Under the pieces are notes generated by a model. The model was not told the origin of the DNA. It saw nothing but the letters and a program-made list of their open reading frames with translations, and made no database searches. Below, piece after piece: positions 57,436 to 64,000 of a stretch of DNA of 64,000 nt (the first letter of the stretch is position 1; every line of letters starts with the position of its first letter). This DNA is from Nitrospirota bacterium. GTDB lineage: Bacteria; Nitrospirota; UBA9217. A program made the position numbers and the translations under genes. The DNA is taken from contig CAVVUN010000012.1 of the NCBI GenBank assembly GCA_963751455.1, positions 32,001 through 96,000 of the forward strand. The letters run 5' to 3'.

Positions 57436-59682
57436 TCAGGCTGCCTTCACCCCGCACGTCGGGCAGAATTTCGCATTCGCCCTGACCGGGCTCCCGCACC
57501 CTGCGCAACTTTGCGCGCTGCCTGCACTGAATACGATCGTTGAGTGTCCCATCTCTATGACGTCTCCGTCCTGGAGCGCCTGCCTGCCCGTGACTTTCTT
57601 CTTGTTCACGTACGTGCCCGCGGTTGAGCTTTTGTCCTCGATCACGTAATTCCCGTCTTCAAGGAGCACCTCTGCATGCTGCTGCTCAATGCCTTCATCC
57701 TTGAACAAACCGATTGTGTTCCGCTCGTCCCTGCCGAGCGTCACAGTAGAGTTTATATCAAGCTCTTTCTTCGTTCCCCTGCCGCGTACCAGGCTCAGGT
57801 GACCGGCGGCAAAACGGCTTTCCACGCGCCTGTACGATACAGCGGCAAGCGCCGCCATGCTCAGGAACGGCGCCAGGAAGGCCCACAAAGGCACTGCGGC
57901 GCCTGACCCGAAAAGAGACGACTGCGGCTGGAAGTACATGCGTTCGGCTGAAGGCCCCTCCTTCAGGCTGAGCGACACTTTCCGAAGATATTCACCGCGC
58001 TTTTGCGTATCATAGGTGATCACATACTCGTTCCTTATCCTTTGACTGATGGTTTCATAGATTGCTGCGAGGCCTTCTGCCGAAGGCGTAAAGAAATAAG
58101 TGCCTCCGGTCTCCTGGGCGATCCGTTCGAGCCGCGCGGTCCTCACGTCCTCGCCGAGCCCGATCACATATACCGATACGTTCGCCTTGGTGGAGAAGTC
58201 GATCGCCTGGTCGATGCTCAGGCTGCCGCGGTTAGCTTTGCCGTCGGTCAGAACGATTACTGCCCTCCGGCCTGTAGCTTCTTTAATTGAATCCACGCCG
58301 TTCGCAATTGCATCGAAGAGGGCAGTATGTCCTTCAGGTTGGACCCGTTGCAGGGCCTTCTTCAGGCTCTCCGGCACGTCGCCGAGGGCCGCCAGTTGCG
58401 TAACCTCGTCATTGAAGACGAGCAGCGACGCCTTGTCTTCCTGTTCCATAAGGGAAATGAAGCGGAGCACGGATTCTTTCGCCTGCTTCATTTTGTTCCC
58501 CTGCATCGACTCGCTCCTGTCCAGAACGAGAGAGACTGAGAGGGCTTCCCGTTTTCCCTGCGTTCCTGCCATCCTCATTTCTTTTATTTCGACTGGCGTA
58601 TCATTTTCCCTGAGCGATACATTTGCCGCGGCAAGACCGTGCACAGGCTTGTTGTTCTTGTCCAGAATGGAAACGAAGGTCTTTACCTCCGGAAATCCTG
58701 AAAGGTCGAACTGCGTTATCTGAGCCTGGAGTTTTTCCTGGGCGCTTATGCTGGTTATGCCCGTCAACAGGCACAGCATGATAAATGACGCCGCTGCCGC
58801 TGCCTTTCGCACGGCGCTGAACATCAGGAGGACGCTTCCGACACGTATGACGTCCCCGTCCGAAAGCCTGCTGCTTCTGGTCATTTTCTGGTTGACATAC
58901 ACGGCCTTGCCCTCCTGATCGGCTTCAATCATATAGTGTCCGTTATCTCGTTTGATCAAGGCATGCCGGATGCTTACCCCTTCCGCGCCCGAGAGACATA
59001 CATCGGAGCGGTCGTCCCTGCCTACCAGGTTCAGGTCCTTCAGGAGCGGAAATTCCCTGTTCAAATGTCTTCCCTTGATCACCTTCATCTTCGCTGATAC
59101 GAACGCCTCTTCAACAAGACTGATGAAGGCGCCGATGGACATTCCGAGAAGCAAAAGTCCGATCAGTACCGACCAGATGCTGGTTGCGGGAAGCGCGTTG
59201 AACATGAGGCCTCCGACGAATCCTCCGGCACAGCCGCCAAGCAGGCCGTACAGTGTCCTGTCGCGGGAACGGATCATAATGCCGCCGCTCATGCCGATGA
59301 CGGATCCAAGCACTGCCCAGCCGAGGCTGACTGACAGGGCCATGCCGAGCGATGCCTTCACCCCCCCGATATCAGCCGCATATTTCCCGAGTACTGAAAA
59401 GACGCTGTTGCCCAGACCGGCCCCTGCCAGGCCGCCGAGAAGACCGGCCATTGCGCCGTAGGCTGCCTGCTTTATCGCTTTTGTGAACTGCCTGCCGCTG
59501 AGCGCCTCGTGGCTCCAGATGAAGCCGCCGATGAATATGCCGGCAAGAGCGCCTAGCGCCATCTCCGTAAGCAGCCCGTTATCAATCTCTCCGGATACAT
59601 ACAGGATAAAGACCCAGGCAGCCGTACCGCCGAGGGCCCCTGCCAGGCCGTAGAGCAAGGTTTTATGTGAGAGTCTAGACAT
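57436..59682 (-). CDS. Membrane protein with FHA-vWA-TM-FHA-Zn-ribbon architecture
   Basis: Gly-rich TM bundle; FHA (VGR, SIRHA); vWA MIDAS DRSES...T...LTDG; second FHA; CAGC...CPTC. Confidence 0.85.
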   Translation of the reverse strand: MSRLSHKTLLYGLAGALGGTAAWVFILYVSGEIDNGLLTEMALGALAGIFIGGFIWSHEALSGRQFTKAIKQAAYGAMAGLLGGLAGAGLGNSVFSVLGKYAADIGGVKASLGMALSVSLGWAVLGSVIGMSGGIMIRSRDRTLYGLLGGCAGGFVGGLMFNALPATSIWSVLIGLLLLGMSIGAFISLVEEAFVSAKMKVIKGRHLNREFPLLKDLNLVGRDDRSDVCLSGAEGVSIRHALIKRDNGHYMIEADQEGKAVYVNQKMTRSSRLSDGDVIRVGSVLLMFSAVRKAAAAASFIMLCLLTGITSISAQEKLQAQITQFDLSGFPEVKTFVSILDKNNKPVHGLAAANVSLRENDTPVEIKEMRMAGTQGKREALSVSLVLDRSESMQGNKMKQAKESVLRFISLMEQEDKASLLVFNDEVTQLAALGDVPESLKKALQRVQPEGHTALFDAIANGVDSIKEATGRRAVIVLTDGKANRGSLSIDQAIDFSTKANVSVYVIGLGEDVRTARLERIAQETGGTYFFTPSAEGLAAIYETISQRIRNEYVITYDTQKRGEYLRKVSLSLKEGPSAERMYFQPQSSLFGSGAAVPLWAFLAPFLSMAALAAVSYRRVESRFAAGHLSLVRGRGTKKELDINSTVTLGRDERNTIGLFKDEGIEQQHAEVLLEDGNYVIEDKSSTAGTYVNKKKVTGRQALQDGDVIEMGHSTIVFSAGSAQSCAGCGSPVRANAKFCPTCGVKAA

Positions 59683-59813
59683 TTTTGTCTCCTTCGTTAA
59701 TCCGATAGACGATGGACGACTGCTCGCTATGCTCGCTGGGACGAGGGACGATTTTGCCTCGTTTGGCACTTTCCTCGTCCCTCGTCCTTCGTCCCTCGTT
59801 CCCATCTATTTTC

Positions 59814-60257
59814 CTACGCTGCCTGGAACCAGAAAGCCAGCTTGCCGAACCGTAGCTCATCGCCCGGCTTGATCGCCTGGGGCGCATGGGGCTTGATCTT
59901 TTTCTTGTTTACATACGTTCCATTCGTGGATCCCATGTCCTCAATGGTGCAGGCCATACCTGCACGGTGAATGACCGCATGCTTTCTGGAGACTCCGCCG
60001 TCTTCCCCGCCGAACTCCGTCAGGTCCAGGTCCGGGAATACCTCGCTGATCGGATCTTCCCTGCCGATCACCACTTCGGTCTTGGCGGGGAGCTCAAGCT
60101 TGCTTCCGTCAACTGATGTGAGTACGAGGCCTGCGCTTTCGCTGTCCACTGCGCCTGCACTGCCTTCCGTTTCAGCCATTGCTTCCAGTTTGCCTCCACA
60201 CTCCTCGCAAAAAATCGCTCCCTCTATGTTTTCCATATTGCATTCTGTGCATTTCAT
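59814..60257 (-). CDS. Zinc-ribbon plus FHA domain protein
   Basis: CTEC...FCEECG; IGRED, VSRKHA, DMGSTNGT. Confidence 0.88.
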   Translation of the reverse strand: MKCTECNMENIEGAIFCEECGGKLEAMAETEGSAGAVDSESAGLVLTSVDGSKLELPAKTEVVIGREDPISEVFPDLDLTEFGGEDGGVSRKHAVIHRAGMACTIEDMGSTNGTYVNKKKIKPHAPQAIKPGDELRFGKLAFWFQAA

Positions 60258-60377
60258 GACAATCTCCTTTCTTTTTGTGGACCAAGGCAACCGTGCCCGC
60301 ACCCAGCGTTTACGAGTGGCATCGCGTGTGCAGGGTGTTGCCGTGATTTACGCCGACACGGTCGGCTCGCTCCATAT

Positions 60378-61628
60378 TTACTTTATCGCCACGGTCAGTT
60401 TCCGTGTGCCGTATTCGAGCTTCTTGGTCCCGGCCGTGGTGAGCGTGCCTGTCTTCTTGAGCGAGAGAATTTCCTGTTCCGCTGCTTCAGCCAGTTCGTC
60501 CTCGCCCATGTTCAGAAGAACCGTTGCCGCTGATTTCAGTTTCTTCGTGGCAGCAACGATATTCCCCGCCTCTACCTCGGTCAAGGCCCTGGTCTGAAGT
60601 TTGAACGCGCTCACTTTCTCGGCAAGGTTCATCACCTCGGCGTTCACTTTTGCGGTTGCCGCGGCGTCACTCGTAAATGTCACAAAGACTTCGGATTTTA
60701 TGCTCTTCTTTTTGATTCCCTCCGAGGGAACGTCATAGGTCACATCCACCTGTCCGATCCGGAACTTGCCGGATTTTCCGGCAGGGACCCGGGCTTCGAT
60801 AAGGATTGCCTGACCCCGTGTGCCGTCCAAAGAACCCAGCTCCGCCGAAATGTTTGAACCCTCAATTGTTTTGCCGCTTACTTCGGAGATCATCGGGACA
60901 GTGGCATAAACCTTGACAGGCTTGACCCCGGCGCTCATCCGGGCTGTCATCTTGAGGTTGACTGCCGCAACGGTCTGCATCCCTTCCACTTCCTGCCGGA
61001 AGGCATCAAGGATCGCCACGGGATTCTGGATCCAGTGCGAGTTCCCATGGGACCGCTCCGCGATCTGGAGAAGCAGCTTTTCATTCCATTCCTCTCCGAT
61101 GCCGATGCTCGTTACAGCGATCCCCTCCTTAGCAGCTTCATCCGCAAGCTTCAGGCACATGTCTTCGTCGTCCCAGGTCTGTCCATCCGTCAAGAGCAGG
61201 ATGCGGTTCACACGATCCTTCGAATATCCCTTTTTGACCTCCGCCATGCCTGCCTTGAGCCCGTCCGATATCTGCGTGCCGCCCCGGGCAATCACCTTCG
61301 CAAGCCTGTGTTTGATCTCCTCGCGGTTCTTTGCGGGCTGATTTGGCACAAGCGTCTCCACCTGGTCGTCGAAGATCGTGACTGAAACAAAGTCATTGTC
61401 GCTCAAGTGGTCCACGACGTATCCTACAGCCTCCTTCAGGTTGTCCATCTTCTCCCCGTCCATAGACCCGCTGCGATCAAGCACCAGTCCGAAATTCGCC
61501 GGCATGGCCCCGATCGATCCTTTGCTCCCGGCCTTGATATCCACGAGGGCATAAATCAGCTGTTCCGCTTCAATCGACAACAGTGCTTCCTTGCTGGTGA
61601 GACAACGTATGTTCAAATCGTTCTTCAC
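60378..61628 (-). CDS. vWA domain protein (YfbK/CLCA-like)
   Basis: LVLDRSGSM, GGTQI, LLTDG; helical C-terminus ending KKLEYGTRKLT. Confidence 0.88.
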   Translation of the reverse strand: MKNDLNIRCLTSKEALLSIEAEQLIYALVDIKAGSKGSIGAMPANFGLVLDRSGSMDGEKMDNLKEAVGYVVDHLSDNDFVSVTIFDDQVETLVPNQPAKNREEIKHRLAKVIARGGTQISDGLKAGMAEVKKGYSKDRVNRILLLTDGQTWDDEDMCLKLADEAAKEGIAVTSIGIGEEWNEKLLLQIAERSHGNSHWIQNPVAILDAFRQEVEGMQTVAAVNLKMTARMSAGVKPVKVYATVPMISEVSGKTIEGSNISAELGSLDGTRGQAILIEARVPAGKSGKFRIGQVDVTYDVPSEGIKKKSIKSEVFVTFTSDAAATAKVNAEVMNLAEKVSAFKLQTRALTEVEAGNIVAATKKLKSAATVLLNMGEDELAEAAEQEILSLKKTGTLTTAGTKKLEYGTRKLTVAIK

Positions 61629-61725
61629 GGAATAATCCTCCTTTTTTGTCAGCATGGCGCAGAGCGCATGGCGCATGGTAGTTTGTCGTTTGTCCTCTGC
61701 CCTATGCCCTATGCGCTATGCGTAT

Positions 61726-62541
61726 TTACACCACCTTCACCACCACCGCCGTAACATTGTCCTTTCCGCCGTTATCATTCGCCAATCGGATAAGTCCTGA
61801 GCAGATCTTCCTGACATCGTCTTCTACGGCAAACAAGAAATGCATGGCCGCGTCGGTTACCTCTCCCCAGAGACCATCGGTACAGAGCAGAAGACTTCCG
61901 CCTTTCTTCAGGGTTACTGGAAATATGTCCACCTTCACGTTTTCTTCGGAACCGATGTTGCGATACAGCACATTGGAATTTGGATGCGTCCGGGCTTCTT
62001 CCCTGGTCAGCTTACCCATGGAAACCAGTTTTTGGACCAGGGAATGATCTTCTGTTATCTGCGTGATCGAGCCGTTCTCTATCCAGTATGTTCTGCTGTC
62101 GCCCACGTTTGCGATATACGCCCTGTCGTGCATAACGAGGGCCGCCGTGAGCGTCGTACCCATGTTTGAACCCTTTTGTATCGCCTCCCGGAGCACTTCT
62201 GTATTAGCCGTCTGCACCGCGTGTTCAAGCAGTTTTTCCGGATCGTATTTCCCGTTCGATCCGATCATAATTTCTCTGGCCACCGTGTCTATTGCCAGTT
62301 TACTGGCAACCTCTCCTGCATCGTGTCCGCCCATGCCGTCGGCAATTATAAACAACGTGCTTTCGCGCAAATCCGTGCAGGATACGTTGTCCTCATTATG
62401 GTCCCTCACTTTGCCGTTATCCGTGAGCCCGCACCATTCAATGGATATTTCCAAGGGACCGGGGTCGCACGTTCTATCAGGTTTCAGACGTATCGTATGT
62501 CGAGGTTGAAGAACGCCTTTAAAGAAACTTTTCGATCCCAT
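61726..62541 (-). CDS. PP2C-type Ser/Thr phosphatase (Stp1/PrpC family)
   Basis: G.VRDHNED, IADGMGGH..GEVAS, MGTT, NVGDSR, LCTDGL, GGKDNVT. Confidence 0.95.
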   Translation of the reverse strand: MGSKSFFKGVLQPRHTIRLKPDRTCDPGPLEISIEWCGLTDNGKVRDHNEDNVSCTDLRESTLFIIADGMGGHDAGEVASKLAIDTVAREIMIGSNGKYDPEKLLEHAVQTANTEVLREAIQKGSNMGTTLTAALVMHDRAYIANVGDSRTYWIENGSITQITEDHSLVQKLVSMGKLTREEARTHPNSNVLYRNIGSEENVKVDIFPVTLKKGGSLLLCTDGLWGEVTDAAMHFLFAVEDDVRKICSGLIRLANDNGGKDNVTAVVVKVV

Positions 62542-62587
62542 TGTGTGCCCCCTGATTCCTAAATTTATCCTTCTGGAACTTGTATTT

Positions 62588-62603
62588 TGCATTCGGCATG
62601 CCA
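62588..62603 (-). promoter_or_regulatory. Candidate sigma54 promoter for the PP2C-vWA-FHA-kinase operon
   Basis: Minus strand TGGCATGCCGAATGCA (GG-N10-GC) about 50 bp before the ATG. Confidence 0.5.
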
Positions 62604-63050
62604 GTCCGAAGTTAACAATATCGTCAAAGATAAAACTGCAGGAATATGATTAGTTTTCCGATGGTTAAAAATGAATCCACCGCGACTGGACTTCACCAGG
62701 AACGTACAGAAGGCAAGCGGCGATATGCGACAATCGAACAGAAGGTATTCGATTTTCGAATAGTGAATTATGGAGAAAAGATGAAAACAAATAGAAAGAA
62801 ATTAACGCAGACGGCGGCAACGGCAGGTATAGGGATGCAAAAAAACCGGATAATGCAGATTTGAGTTCTTTGTTTGGCCGCAAAAATGCGCAAAAGTCAC
62901 AAAACATTGGACGCTGATTAACACAGATATACGCAGATAATTCCGATAATAAGATTGAAGATCCAAATGACTCTCTGGTCGAGGCTTCTTTTTTGCTCGG
63001 CATAATCCGCGTTAATCCGATTTTATCTGCGTCCAATGTTTTTACATGCT

Positions 63051-64000
63051 CTAGACTCTCAAGACCTTGGCCCCCCGGATCTTGCGCTCCTTCAGTTCGA
63101 GCAGCGCCGTATTCGCCTCCTCGAGTCTATATTCCTGGATCTCCGGCTTGATCGGTATCAGGGCCGCAAGCTCAAGAAATGCCTGCACATCCGTTCGCGT
63201 GATGTTCGCAACGCTCTTTATCTCCTTCTCCATCCAGAGGTCACGCGTGTAATCCAAATCAAGCAGGCTGTTTTGATCGAATAACTCTTTCCGTATCGCA
63301 TTGATTACGAGCCTTCCTCTTGGAGCGAGGTTCTTGAGCGCTTCGAGGACAGGCTTCCATGCCGGTGTGGTATCTATCACAGCATGGAGCTTTTCGGGCG
63401 CTTCATCGTTCGTTCCGCCCGTCCAGTCAGCCCCAAGCTCCCTGGCAAAGCGCTGCTCCTGCTCGGTCCGCGAAAACACAAATATCTTCGAGTTCGGGTA
63501 TTTGTACTTTACCATCTTCAGCACGAGATGTCCTGAAGCCCCGAAGCCCGTGAGCCCGAGGTTGTCGCCGTCTTTCAGGTTGGTTAATCGCAGCGAGCGG
63601 TACCCGATTGCGCCCGCGCACAAAAGCGGCGCTGCCTCTGCATCACTGAAAACTTCCGGAATCCGGTAAGCGTAATCCTCGGCAACGGTCGTGTATTCGG
63701 CATACCCTCCATCCACGTCCCTGCCCGTTGCCTTGAACTCTGCGCACAGGTTCTCCATCCCGCTTGTGCAATATTTACAGCTGCCACAGGACGAATGAAT
63801 CCAGGCAATGCCCACCCTGTCACCTGGCTTAAACTTTCCCGCTTTAATTCCCGAGCTTTCAACGCGCCCCACAATCTGGTGCCCAGGAATGATCGGAAAT
63901 TTCGAAGGAGAGGTCCTTCCCTCAATCTCGTCCAGCTCCGTATGGCAAACGCCGCATGCCGAGATTTTGACAAGTATTTCATTTTTGTGTGGGACAGGAA
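63051..64000 (-). CDS. Zinc-dependent alcohol dehydrogenase (5' end outside window)
   Basis: ACGVCHTELD, PGHQIVG, CGSCKYC...ENLC, APLLCAG, GFGASG. Confidence 0.92.
   Translation of the reverse strand, partial: PVPHKNEILVKISACGVCHTELDEIEGRTSPSKFPIIPGHQIVGRVESSGIKAGKFKPGDRVGIAWIHSSCGSCKYCTSGMENLCAEFKATGRDVDGGYAEYTTVAEDYAYRIPEVFSDAEAAPLLCAGAIGYRSLRLTNLKDGDNLGLTGFGASGHLVLKMVKYKYPNSKIFVFSRTEQEQRFARELGADWTGGTNDEAPEKLHAVIDTTPAWKPVLEALKNLAPRGRLVINAIRKELFDQNSLLDLDYTRDLWMEKEIKSVANITRTDVQAFLELAALIPIKPEIQEYRLEEANTALLELKERKIRGAKVLRV

Noticed and set aside
1-64000. tRNA or rRNA genes
   Set aside because: No cloverleaf with T-loop/CCA pattern or rRNA-like conserved stretch recognised by eye; tRNAscan-SE and barrnap would confirm

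Overview
Bacterial chromosomal window, probably from a Nitrospirota/Deltaproteobacteria-like metagenome bin (inferred from gene content and repeat style). In order it holds: a pterin/folate cluster (SDR-folB-folK-folE); ferritin, SOD and NarJ-like genes; an IS481; a complete alternative complex III operon interleaved with a cbb3-type oxidase; three type II toxin-antitoxin pairs with an IS1182; decayed gene fragments; dciA, galT-glgA, a GAF kinase/response regulator and rlmD; a Ser/Thr kinase-FHA-sigma54 activator module; an integrase-less integron cassette array (about 39.2-46.3 kb, attC sites with cascading R'/R'' complementarity); secreted/OmpA genes; a GGDEF gene; and a PP2C-vWA-FHA-kinase operon. 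The standout is a cassette encoding an intact-looking TIR domain fused to a catalytically degenerate DnaB helicase domain (44897-46255), a candidate 'integrated decoy' anti-phage system. It lies directly behind an ORF-less cassette that carries an antisense copy of its own attC, in an array preceded by tandem sigma54 promoters. Intergenic DNA is dense with nested MITE/REP-like repeats. No rRNA, tRNA, CRISPR array or integron integrase was recognised. All family calls come from motif recognition by eye; no database searches were run.
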